46,821 bases of DNA from an uncultured Eubacteriales bacterium (lineage in GTDB: Bacteria; Bacillota; Clostridia; Monoglobales; Monoglobaceae). Shown here piece after piece: positions 9,677-18,405 of this stretch (its first letter is position 1; each line of letters opens with the position of its first letter). Below the pieces are notes generated by a model. The model did no database searches. It was not told where the DNA came from and worked only from the letters and a program-made list of their open reading frames with translations. The position numbers and the translations under genes were made by a program. The stretch spans positions 1 through 46,821 of the forward strand of contig URAN01000019.1 in NCBI GenBank assembly GCA_900545865.1. The letters run 5' to 3'.

Positions 9677-10594
9677 TTAACATCGCAAAAGACCAAGCTT
9701 TTGCAACTGTTTCATATGCTCTGTTCCGCTTTCTGCAGTGTAAATTCTTGTAGTGTTAATATTGGAATGTCCGAGTATATCAGCGAGTCTTACAATATCT
9801 TTTTGCAGGGAATAATAAGTTCTTGCAAAAAGGTGACGAAAGTTATGCGGAAACACTTTTTCTTTTGACACTCCCGCACTCTCACACAGCTCCTTTAACA
9901 TTCTCCATATATTCGATCTGTCAAGAGGCGTACCTGTTCTCGTAACAAATATGCTGCCGCTTTTGATACCCTGTTTCGACGCATACTTTTGCAGGATAAT
10001 ACACAGCTTTTTGGGCAGAAAAACCTGCCTTATTTTTCCCTTGCAGTTTATTATTGCCTGTCTGCGTTTTATGGCCTCAAATGTTATAAATTTAATTTCC
10101 GATACCCGAAGTCCTGTGCTTGCAATCGTCTGTATCAGATAATACAGCTTTTTGTTTTTCCTGTTCTTTGCCGCCGTCAGCAGTCTTTCATACTCTGTTT
10201 TTGTCAGTTCCTTTGACTTGTCTGCAAAAATCTTGCGCTGTGTTTTCAATGTTTTTACCTTCATTTTGTGCCAATCGGCATATTCAAAGAACATATTGAG
10301 CGAGGACAGTATCGAATTAACACTTGCGGTTTTATATTGCGCAATCAGGCGTTCTTTATATTGAATGACCCTTTCCTTGCGTGGAATTTCTCCGCCGAGC
10401 CATTTGACAAACGCCGTAACGTCACGAATATATTTCTCGATGGTAGCGTCCGATTTTTCTTCGTTTGCAAGATATTTTCTGAATTTTTGAATTTGTTTTT
10501 CGGTTATACTCTGTAATTTCATATTGACCGCTTCCTTTCTTTTCACCATATATATTGTACCACTCAGGCAAAATTTATAAATTGAAGCTGTCAA
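9677..10594 (-). CDS. Tyrosine site-specific recombinase, XerC/XerD-like (candidate invertase for the adjacent switch)
   Basis: C-terminal HNFRHLFARTYY...LGHSNINTTRIYT carries the R-H-R-Y catalytic tetrad context. Its 3' end lies 5 bp from the right inverted repeat. Confidence 0.85.
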   Translation of the reverse strand: MTASIYKFCLSGTIYMVKRKEAVNMKLQSITEKQIQKFRKYLANEEKSDATIEKYIRDVTAFVKWLGGEIPRKERVIQYKERLIAQYKTASVNSILSSLNMFFEYADWHKMKVKTLKTQRKIFADKSKELTKTEYERLLTAAKNRKNKKLYYLIQTIASTGLRVSEIKFITFEAIKRRQAIINCKGKIRQVFLPKKLCIILQKYASKQGIKSGSIFVTRTGTPLDRSNIWRMLKELCESAGVSKEKVFPHNFRHLFARTYYSLQKDIVRLADILGHSNINTTRIYTAESGTEHMKQLQKLGLLRC

Positions 10595-10664
10595 CAGTTT
10601 GCTCCTTTATCTCCGATTTCGTTAAACTTGCCGTAAAACGAGTCTTACTATTGCCGAATTATAT

Positions 10665-10716
10665 AAAAGCCGCCCGACAATAAAGGCATGTTGCCTCTAT
10701 GCCGGGCGGCTTTTTC
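10665..10716 (-). terminator. Rho-independent terminator downstream of the tlpA-like gene
   Basis: GCCGCCCG...CGGGCGGC stem followed by a T-run on both strands. Confidence 0.6.
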
Positions 10717-10827
10717 TGCCGTCTGAAACCCTCGTTTTAAAAAGGCTTATTTTAATTTTTTATTTAGGCATAAACCGACGCAGGATTTTTACGGTATATT
10801 TGTACGAGCATTATTTTAATATTATTC

Positions 10828-11745
10828 TCATTTCATATCGGCGGCAATACATTGGTCGATTAATGATTTCAGCTTCTCCATTTGTGATTTGCCGGTAACA
10901 CCGCCGACAATCGGTTCTCCAACGATGCTGCCGCTGCGGTCAACCACATATGTTGTGGGATAGGCGTATACATTTTCGACAAACTTTCCTGCCTCGCTGT
11001 CAGAATCAAAGTATACATTCCGATAGGAAACGCCTTTCTTTTTCAAAACTGCCTTTGCTTCGGATATTGCCGCCTCATCTCCGTCCAGCGTGAAAGAATT
11101 TATTCCGATGAGAGAACCTCCTTTCCCGGAAAGCTCTTTATTCAGCGCATCAAGTTCGGAAAGCTCACCCACGCAGGGAGAACAGGTAGTGAACCAAAAG
11201 TTTACCACCGTGACAGCATTGCTTGAAAACAGCTCATCACTCTTTATTTCGTTCCCGTCCAGATCCTTTCCTTCAAAGGACGGAAAATTCCCCGTACTGC
11301 CGTTATCGGATGGCATACTCATATCATTATCCGACGATTTTTGCGCTGCATCCGGATATTTTTTTTCAATCATAGTCAGCTTATTTTCAATATCCCGGAT
11401 TTTCTCTGCTTCACCCTTAAGCAATTTAAGCTCGTCCTCCGTAAACCGTTCCTTGATGGTGTCAATGGTTTTGAGAAGAAAATCACCGTAGTTTTTACCG
11501 TCCTCCTGCAGAGTCATACCTTTGTCCGCCGCCGCAAAAACCTGTTCCCAAAGCTTTGTATTCTCCGCCAGAATCGCATTTTCACGTGCCATCAGTTCTT
11601 TATGCATTGCTACCGCTTCTTCGGCATTTTTCGGTTCATTTTCCATACCGTTCAATTTGTTATTATCCGTCGTTGTGCAGGCTGCCGTAACCAACACCAC
11701 CAGCGCAAGCGTCAGCGCCGCTGTTAGAAGTTTTTTTATACTCAT
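10828..11745 (-). CDS. TlpA/ResA-like thiol-disulfide oxidoreductase lipoprotein (thioredoxin fold, CSPC active site)
   Basis: Lipobox LVVLVTAAC and WFTTCSPCVGE (CxxC) in a thioredoxin-like domain. Coiled-coil linker between the two. Confidence 0.75.
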   Translation of the reverse strand: MSIKKLLTAALTLALVVLVTAACTTTDNNKLNGMENEPKNAEEAVAMHKELMARENAILAENTKLWEQVFAAADKGMTLQEDGKNYGDFLLKTIDTIKERFTEDELKLLKGEAEKIRDIENKLTMIEKKYPDAAQKSSDNDMSMPSDNGSTGNFPSFEGKDLDGNEIKSDELFSSNAVTVVNFWFTTCSPCVGELSELDALNKELSGKGGSLIGINSFTLDGDEAAISEAKAVLKKKGVSYRNVYFDSDSEAGKFVENVYAYPTTYVVDRSGSIVGEPIVGGVTGKSQMEKLKSLIDQCIAADMK

Positions 11746-11765
11746 GTTTATTCCTCCTGATTTTT

Positions 11766-12680
11766 TTATTTATTACCTGCGGCGTTTTCGCCGCTTTTAT
11801 CTTTACCTTTTCCAAAGCCGTACCGAAAACGAACGGCGTTTGTCGGACATGCCCGGACGCACATACCGCAGCGAATACATTCGGTGTGATTCGGCGTTTT
11901 TGTCACGTCCACAGCCATTTTGCAAGCTTTTGCGCATTTTCCGCAGGTTACGCATTTGCCGGTATCCACTTTCATTTGAAACAGCGAAACCTTGTTCAGC
12001 AGGGCATAGAACGCACCAAGCGGACACAGCCATTTGCAGAATGGTCTGTAAAACAGCACGCTTACCGCAATTACTGCAATCAAAATACTGAATTTCCAAG
12101 CAAACAATGCTCCGAGTGCAGAACGAATACCGGAATTGACAATGGATAGGGGAATTGCCCCCTCTAACACACCCTGCGGACAAATATACTTGCAGAAAAA
12201 GGGGTCGCCCATTCCGACATCGTCTACCGCCAACGCCGGCAACAGAAACACCGTTACCAAGAGAACTGCGTATTTAATCCAAGTCAAACATTTCAGCTTT
12301 TTGGTTGAAAATTTTTTTGTCGGGATTTTATGTAGCAGCTCCTGAAACCAGCCGAACGGACACAAAAAACCGCAGATAAAGCGCCCCAGCAATACTCCGA
12401 GCAATATGAGGATTCCTGTAATATAATATGAGAAACCATATTTTGCAGACCCCGCCACCGTTTGAAGCGCACCGATAGGGCAAGCTCCGGATGCCGCAGG
12501 ACAGGAGTAGCAGTTAAGCCCCGGCACACATACTTTTTTTCCGGCTCCCCGATAAATTTCGCCCTTCAGAAAATTTGGCAGATGCAGGTTGCTCAACAGA
12601 GCCGCCGCTGCCTGAATGTACCCGCGGAAGCGAGTCAATTTTTGTGATATACCTGAAAATTTCTTACCCAATTCCCACAC
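11766..12680 (-). CDS. Membrane 4Fe-4S ferredoxin-type protein (NapH/MauN-like polyferredoxin)
   Basis: Several TM helices plus CVTCGKCAKAC and CIRCGMCVRACP 4Fe-4S cluster motifs. Confidence 0.65.
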   Translation of the reverse strand: MWELGKKFSGISQKLTRFRGYIQAAAALLSNLHLPNFLKGEIYRGAGKKVCVPGLNCYSCPAASGACPIGALQTVAGSAKYGFSYYITGILILLGVLLGRFICGFLCPFGWFQELLHKIPTKKFSTKKLKCLTWIKYAVLLVTVFLLPALAVDDVGMGDPFFCKYICPQGVLEGAIPLSIVNSGIRSALGALFAWKFSILIAVIAVSVLFYRPFCKWLCPLGAFYALLNKVSLFQMKVDTGKCVTCGKCAKACKMAVDVTKTPNHTECIRCGMCVRACPTNAVRFRYGFGKGKDKSGENAAGNK

Positions 12681-12841
12681 ACTCCAGACATAATCTGATT
12701 GCCTTGCTCAGCACGGTCGCCGCCTCACCCCGCAAAGCTCCGGCGCACAGCATTACTGTTCCGACAGCCAAAAGCAAAGCCTGCGCCGCCACCTTTTTCC
12801 AACGCATATATTGCCACATCCTCTCTACATCCGTTTTCGGA

Positions 12842-13234
12842 TTATATATTGTTTTCCGTTTTACATTCCGGGCAGATTCCCTCGAACACGGCTCTGTGAC
12901 GGAATACCGTGTAACCGGTCGCATTTGCAACCTTTTCATCCGGATCGGAAAGATAATTAAACGGAATATCAATTACCTTTCCGCACTTAAGACAGATAAT
13001 ATGATAGTGAAGGTCAGTTCTCAAATCATATCTGTCTGCACCCGGCACCTTGATATGAAGTATTTCTCCGTCCTCTGACAGACAGCTTAAATTGCGGTAT
13101 ACGGTACCCTGACTGATTTTTCCGTCAATTGCATGAACCTCCTCGTATATCGTGTTGGCGGTCGGATGATCCGTGTGACATCTGACCGTTTCCAAAACGA
13201 TTCTGCGCTGTTTTGTTTCCCTGTGTTTCAGCAT
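12842..13234 (-). CDS. Fur family transcriptional regulator (Fur/PerR/Zur)
   Basis: HTH region followed by HYHIICLKCGKV and CPECK metal-site motifs. RBS GGGGAG sits 8 nt upstream. Confidence 0.85.
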   Translation of the reverse strand: MLKHRETKQRRIVLETVRCHTDHPTANTIYEEVHAIDGKISQGTVYRNLSCLSEDGEILHIKVPGADRYDLRTDLHYHIICLKCGKVIDIPFNYLSDPDEKVANATGYTVFRHRAVFEGICPECKTENNI

Positions 13235-13604
13235 TTTTTATGCACTCCCCTAAGTTTTGTCATATTTCAAATTTGTTATTCCGCGTCCGTCAAGCGGAAC
13301 ATATCCCCTGCATGGAGCAACAACAGTATATGCCGGGAAATGCCTTCATTAAATTTTTATCGGTTCTTGTTCTCGCATATTTATTGTTTTTCATAATCAC
13401 TTCATACTTTTCATTTTATTTTTATATGTTATTAGGAATTATTCTTAATAATAATTATACCGTAATCTATTCTTCTTGTCAAGACAAACGGCGGAAATCT
13501 TTACTGATCTCTGCTTTTTCGGCATTTTGCACTATGAAAATTTTTATGATTTTTTTGCTTTTCTTAAAAACGCAAAAGCTATTTTTCTTTCAAAACTACA
13601 AAAA

Positions 13605-13815
13605 TCATCACGGTTTTTGAATGAGTTAATTTTTTGTGAATTTCGACATAAACCCGTAGGGGCGCCCCCGTGTGGGCGCCCGAGCATACGAGCAAATGTC
13701 ATAAATTTATATGGATACTCATATATTTCGATGAACATATTACGGGCGGCCACACGGGGCCGCCCCTACAAATATATGTTTTGTTCATAATTTGTTCACT
13801 CATTCAAAAACCGTG
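13605..13815. repeat. ~210-bp nested palindromic element with GC-rich hairpin modules in an AT-rich intergenic region
   Basis: Outer 16-bp inverted repeats CGGTTTTTGAATGAGT / ACTCATTCAAAAACCG. Inner 27-bp GC-rich inverted repeats GTAGGGGCGCCCCCGTGTGGGCGCCCG / CGGGCGGCCACACGGGGCCGCCCCTAC, each containing self-palindromes GGGGCGCCCC and GGGCGCCC. Confidence 0.7.
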
Positions 13816-13897
13816 CAAAAATCATCAGTATGTATTGCCAAAAAAGAAATTTTGTGATAGAATACAAAATAACCGTATACGACGAGGAGGTGTGACG

Positions 13898-14170
13898 ATG
13901 AACAAATCAGAGTTGGTTGCGATAATGGCTGAAAAAGCGAGCCTTTCAAAAAAGGACGCCGAGGGCGCATTAAACGCATTTGTTGACGCTGTAAAGGATG
14001 CCGTAAAGAAGAACGACAAGGTTCAGCTTGTCGGCTTCGGAACTTTTGAATCTCGCAAAAGAGAAGCAAGAGAAGGCAAAAACCCGCAGACGGGCGAAAA
14101 AATCAAAATCGCCGCGTGCAACTCGCCGGCTTTCAAGCCCGGCAAAGGCTTCAAGGATTACATAAACTAA
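13898..14170 (+). CDS. hup: DNA-binding protein HU (histone-like)
   Basis: MNKSELVAIMAEKASLSKKDAEGALNAFVDAV...GFGTFESRKREAREGKNPQTGEKIKI is the canonical HU/IHF fold sequence. RBS GAGGAGG 7 nt upstream. The track ORF 13670..14170 is an N-terminally over-extended version. Confidence 0.9.
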   Translation: MNKSELVAIMAEKASLSKKDAEGALNAFVDAVKDAVKKNDKVQLVGFGTFESRKREAREGKNPQTGEKIKIAACNSPAFKPGKGFKDYIN

Positions 14171-14179
14171 GAACAAGAG

Positions 14180-14222
14180 AAAACCGCCAATATGATTAAA
14201 ATCATTGTCAGCGGTTTTTCTA
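14180..14222 (+). terminator. Putative rho-independent terminator after hup
   Basis: AAACCGC...GCGGTTTTT stem-loop with a T-run. Confidence 0.45.
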
Positions 14223-14377
14223 TGTGAATTTATTACTGCATATTTATATTTATTCCAATATTCCAAATTGTTATACGATTTATGTCTTATTATCTATATC
14301 ATTAATCGGGTGAAAACCCTGTATTTATCAGCATTTTTCAAAGAATTTGTTTTTTGCTTCTCCCCCAAATATACCGT

Positions 14378-14399
14378 TTGACCACAATTTTGACCACAA
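14378..14399. repeat. attL-like direct repeat
   Basis: 22-bp perfect match to 20246..20267. Internally a tandem of TGACCACAA. Confidence 0.8.
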
Positions 14400-14447
14400 C
14401 TGACCCCCAAAACTCAAAATACCGCCCTGTTCGGAGCGGCATTTTAT

Positions 14448-14744
14448 TTATATTAACTTGATAAGCTGTAGTAATTTGATACAGTCCTTAAAGCCTTGAA
14501 GATACAAAAAATCTTTTTCTTTATCGGTTATTTGATATATGATATTTTTCCATTCGTCTATGGCTTTAATTTCCGTATCATCTAATTTTGAATATAATTC
14601 TTTAAGTATAATACTTACTTTTTTATTTTCCTCACATAGGCTTTTATACTCGCTGTCATATGCTCTATACTCTTTAAGTACAGACTGCTCATTGTCGGCA
14701 AAAAAATTTAAAACGGCTTTATCAAAATCATTCATTTGTAACAC
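14448..14744 (-). CDS. Hypothetical protein (98 aa) within the integrative element
   Basis: ORF followed by a hairpin and T-run at 14422-14445. No recognisable domain. Confidence 0.4.
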   Translation of the reverse strand: MLQMNDFDKAVLNFFADNEQSVLKEYRAYDSEYKSLCEENKKVSIILKELYSKLDDTEIKAIDEWKNIIYQITDKEKDFLYLQGFKDCIKLLQLIKLI

Positions 14745-14754
14745 CCCTTATTTT

Positions 14755-15963
14755 TTAGATATATAGACTGCTTAATTTTTCCATAGATTGTTTTTTGTGG
14801 TCTGGCAATGCGTGAGCATATTTATTTAAGGTTGTACTTGCATTAGCGTGTCCCAGAACAGAAGCCAATACTTTAACATCAAAACCGAATTCTAATGCTC
14901 TTGTCGCAAAAGTATGCCTTAAAGTATGAAAATGTGTTGTTTCTATCTTTGCTTTTTCCAGCATATTTTTGAAAAAAACTTGATAAGTCCGAGGTTCTAT
15001 ACATTTCCCATATTCATTACAAATTACAAAGTCATTATCATTGTATAGCTGACATACACGTTTTTTCTCAACAGCAAGCATTTGTTTGTGTTCCTTTAAT
15101 AATGGTATTAAAAACTTTTGAAGCGGAATAACTCTGTTAGAATTGCTTGTTTTAGGCTCACTTATTACAATATCCGTTTTCTTTTCCGAATTATCATATA
15201 GTGTCAGCCTGTTCAGAGAACGTCTTACTGTTACGGTGCGTTCCTTAAAATCAATATCACTGAATTTAAGCCCTAAAATTTCACCTATACGCATACCTGT
15301 GTAAAGCGATAACAATACTCCAATACCAAGCCTTTCGCCTTCTAATGCGTCTTGTAATGCCTGTTGTTCCTCTAATGTAAATACACGCATTTCACGTTGT
15401 TGTTCTTTCGGAAGTGTAACCAAGTCGCAAATATTTCTTTTAACATAGTTATTTCTATAAGCTTCTTTGTATGCGCAGGATATGACTTTAAAAACACCTC
15501 TTACAGAGCTTGCGGAAAGCCCCTCATTTCTTTTCTTATTGAGGAGCTTTTGCAGAGTATTTGCGGTTAGGTCTTTTAATTTTATTCGTCCGATTTCGGG
15601 CTTGATATGTAATCTTATCTGACGTTCATAACTGCCGTATGTAGATAGTTTTACATTCGGCTTTACATAAACGTCTAACCATTCATCAAGCCACGCACCG
15701 AAAGAAATATTAGGATTGGCAATATAACTGTGATTGTCAATGTCATTTAATATTTTATTTAACTTTTTTCTTACCTCGTCTTGTGTTTTGCCATATACGC
15801 TTTTACGTTTGTAATTTAAGCTGTAAAGACCCTCCCAGCGACCGTCTTTTCTCTGCCGTATAGTTCCCTCTCCGTTAGCTCTTTTCTTTGCCACGATACA
15901 CACTTCCTTAAATACAACAATACTTTCTGCAATGATTTTTATACAGTGTTGTTTGCAAGCCAA
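14755..15963 (-). CDS. int: Phage-type tyrosine integrase
   Basis: N-terminal arm-binding-type KRANGEGTIRQRKDGRWEG. C-terminal HTLRHTFATRALE...LGHANASTTLNKYAH catalytic domain. Confidence 0.9.
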   Translation of the reverse strand: MACKQHCIKIIAESIVVFKEVCIVAKKRANGEGTIRQRKDGRWEGLYSLNYKRKSVYGKTQDEVRKKLNKILNDIDNHSYIANPNISFGAWLDEWLDVYVKPNVKLSTYGSYERQIRLHIKPEIGRIKLKDLTANTLQKLLNKKRNEGLSASSVRGVFKVISCAYKEAYRNNYVKRNICDLVTLPKEQQREMRVFTLEEQQALQDALEGERLGIGVLLSLYTGMRIGEILGLKFSDIDFKERTVTVRRSLNRLTLYDNSEKKTDIVISEPKTSNSNRVIPLQKFLIPLLKEHKQMLAVEKKRVCQLYNDNDFVICNEYGKCIEPRTYQVFFKNMLEKAKIETTHFHTLRHTFATRALEFGFDVKVLASVLGHANASTTLNKYAHALPDHKKQSMEKLSSLYI

Positions 15964-16148
15964 TTTTTAAATGCTTCTTTTTCAACTAACACACGTTTTC
16001 CGATTTTCATTTTCGGAAATGCGTCTAATGCCATTATTCTGTATGCGTTCGGCTTTGACACACGCAAAACCTCTTGAACATCTTTAACCGTCATAACAAG
16101 CGGTAAAGCTTCAAAAGATGTAACCTTTTTTACCAGTCGCCTTTTCAT
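15939..16148 (-). CDS. xis: Excisionase / HTH DNA-binding protein (Xis-like)
   Basis: 69-aa protein immediately upstream of int, overlapping it. LVMTVKDVQEVLRVSKPNAYRIM is an HTH_17/excisionase-like helix. Confidence 0.65.
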   Translation of the reverse strand: MKRRLVKKVTSFEALPLVMTVKDVQEVLRVSKPNAYRIMALDAFPKMKIGKRVLVEKEAFKNWLANNTV

Positions 16149-16204
16149 ATACTCACCCCTTTCTATATAGGTAATATATATTTAATATTATATATTGTAT
16201 ATTT

Positions 16205-16247
16205 ATTATAACACCACTTGACATATTTGTCAAGTATAATATATAAT
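16205..16247. promoter_or_regulatory. Face-to-face divergent consensus promoters sharing a palindromic -35 (TTGACAtattTGTCAA)
   Basis: Minus strand: TTGACA (RC of 16228-16233), 17-nt spacer, TATAAT (RC of 16205-16210), pointing toward xis-int. Plus strand: TTGACA 16218-16223, 18-nt spacer, TATAAT 16242-16247, pointing toward the 310-aa gene. Confidence 0.55.
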
Positions 16248-16289
16248 ATAATTATATGATTAGGTATTTGATAAAAGGAGCTGTATAGA

Positions 16290-17222
16290 ATGAATGTAAG
16301 CAAATACATTACAATAGATAAAAAACATATGTATTTACCTATAACAAACGAGGAATTTGAAATAGGCACTCTCTTGCTTGATTTTTTGGAATTAGATTTA
16401 AGCACATACCAAAAAGAAGTAGAAATAATTAAACAGCTTAAAGCTGAAAATATCAGAAAATGCCGACCGACAGGCAGAGGGTATAAAGGTTACAAAGGTA
16501 TTATTCTTCAAATTGATAACAATATGTCAGATGAGGAAAAGTATGTCCGAATGGCTTTATATGACGCTTTAAAAGCTACCGAACACCCATACGCATATGA
16601 GGTTGAATATTCCGCACTTCACGATATAGACTATATGAAATTGTTTGATATATTTGACCTTGTAAAGCTTCAAAAAGAATATAGGGCGGCGGTTAATGCC
16701 TGTTTGTTAAAGCAGAACGAAAATGAGAAGTTTAACCCATTGGAAAGGTATCTTAATTATTCCCACGAATTAAACGGCAAGGCAGAAATTGTATATACGG
16801 TATCTAAAGATTTAACGCTGTGTGAGGAATATATTGCTTCTGATATATCATCGTTATTGTACCTTGAATTTATGAAAATGTTGCAATACAATATATTTGT
16901 GAGGAAATGTGAAAACTGCGGTAGGCTGTTTGCGGTAAAGGGAAATTACAATAAAAAATACTGTGACCGTAAAATTTCGGGTACGTCTAAAACCTGTCAA
17001 GAAGTCGGAGCGGTAAACAGCTTTAAAAACAAAACTTTGAAAGACCCGATTATAGGCGAATACCAAAGGGCATATAAACGTCTTTACGCACGGAAAAGGA
17101 CAGGGAAAATTACAAAAGAGGAATTGGATATACAATTAAAAAAGGCTACCGCATTACGTGATGAAGCCGTAAAGGGCAGTCTTTCAAAAGATGAATATTT
17201 AGAACAAATCATTAAAATTTAA
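16290..17222 (+). CDS. Hypothetical protein with C-terminal C4 zinc-finger (CENCGRLF...CDRK...CQE)
   Basis: 310-aa ORF with a good AAAGGAG RBS. Function unknown; likely an element regulatory or replication-related protein. Confidence 0.5.
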   Translation: MNVSKYITIDKKHMYLPITNEEFEIGTLLLDFLELDLSTYQKEVEIIKQLKAENIRKCRPTGRGYKGYKGIILQIDNNMSDEEKYVRMALYDALKATEHPYAYEVEYSALHDIDYMKLFDIFDLVKLQKEYRAAVNACLLKQNENEKFNPLERYLNYSHELNGKAEIVYTVSKDLTLCEEYIASDISSLLYLEFMKMLQYNIFVRKCENCGRLFAVKGNYNKKYCDRKISGTSKTCQEVGAVNSFKNKTLKDPIIGEYQRAYKRLYARKRTGKITKEELDIQLKKATALRDEAVKGSLSKDEYLEQIIKI

Positions 17223-17629
17223 AGATATTTTAACGCTGTACGTACTATGTCTAAAACCGCTTCTTGTGTCTGGAGCGGTTTTCCTTTTATAAGCTGTTTA
17301 AAGTCTATAATAATCTGCTCTTCACTTGTGGGAACACTTTCGGAAAACAGGTAGTTCATATCTATGTCAAGCTCTGTAACAAGCTTTACAAGCGTTTGCA
17401 GGGAAAAACTCCGCTGATTGCGTTCTATATGCCCGATATAGGCAGGTGTAACGTCCACAAGCTCCGCTAATTCTTCTTGTGTCAAGCCTTGATTTAGGCG
17501 TGCTTCTCTGATTATATTTCCTATGCGGTCAAGCTTTAAATCAATTTCTTTTGTATGTGGTTTACGTTCTGTGATATGTGTGCGGTTTCTGCTGTCAATC
17601 TGTCCGCTTTTATGTTTTTTAATCTTCAT
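17219..17629 (-). CDS. XRE-family HTH transcriptional regulator
   Basis: IREARLNQGLTQEELAELVDVTPAYIGHIERNQRSFSLQTLVKLVTEL is a Cro/C1-type HTH. Confidence 0.75.
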   Translation of the reverse strand: MKIKKHKSGQIDSRNRTHITERKPHTKEIDLKLDRIGNIIREARLNQGLTQEELAELVDVTPAYIGHIERNQRSFSLQTLVKLVTELDIDMNYLFSESVPTSEEQIIIDFKQLIKGKPLQTQEAVLDIVRTALKYL

Positions 17630-18353
17630 AATAAATACAACTCCTTGTACATATAGTTTATACTAAAAGAATTGTTTTATGAAGATATTACAAGTACAGA
17701 CCACTTTGTTTATCAGTACAGTTTATAAAGCAGATTTATATATTATACATTGTGAGAATGATATTATATACCGCTCTCACAAGTGGTCAAAAGAAGTATA
17801 ACAGCTTTTGCGGTTTTGTTTTATGGTATTTGTATTTTATGCTATATATGATATTACAAAAAGTATATATACTGTAATGTAGTCATTGGTTAGTGTATGC
17901 TGATTTAATTATACACGTGTGACAACCCACCTTTAAACGTGTATTAACAAGCGAAAACTTCCACGCTGACCGCTTACGTCTGAGGATAAAATTTCAAACA
18001 GGAGGTTATAAACTTTTATAAGGTAAATGTGTGCTATCTTAATTTTCCGCTCCGTAAATCAAAAACTTTTACCGTGTATTTTTATATTATTCTCTTTTAC
18101 AAGTCAAATTAAGGGCGGCAGAGAATATATATCTTTAACTATATAAGTGTCATAATACAAGTGAAAAAAAATTAACAAAAGGACGGTAAAATAAAAATGT
18201 CTTTAAGTAGTTACAGAAGCCATATTACCAATAGACTAATATACAAATTAAACTTATATACAATATATCTTACTTATGCCCTTTAACGGTCTGATACCTT
18301 TTATATTAAAATTTTATTTTTCGGAAAACAAGGACAGGGGTTAGGTATAGAAA

Positions 18354-18390
18354 AAGCATACCGAGGCGTTTAACCTTTGGTATGCTCTAA
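18354..18390 (-). terminator. Rho-independent terminator downstream of the 172-aa membrane protein gene
   Basis: AGCATACC...GGTATGCT 8-bp stem followed on the minus strand by TTTTCT. Confidence 0.45.
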
Positions 18391-18405
18391 CCATATGTAT
18401 TTATT

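Noticed and set aside
9333-9683. 116-aa ORF spanning the invertible segment
   Set aside because: It spans both recombination sites and the promoter. Its AT-rich low-complexity translation is a by-product of a non-coding switch region.
12664-12972. Full-length 102-aa ORF
   Set aside because: Its first 51 codons overlap the fur-family gene in another frame. Only the C-terminal 47-51 codons are retained as a possible small ORF (see findings).
13670-14170. 166-aa ORF extending hup upstream
   Set aside because: The extension runs through the GC-rich palindromic element and has no RBS. A canonical HU protein starts at 13898 with a GAGGAGG RBS.
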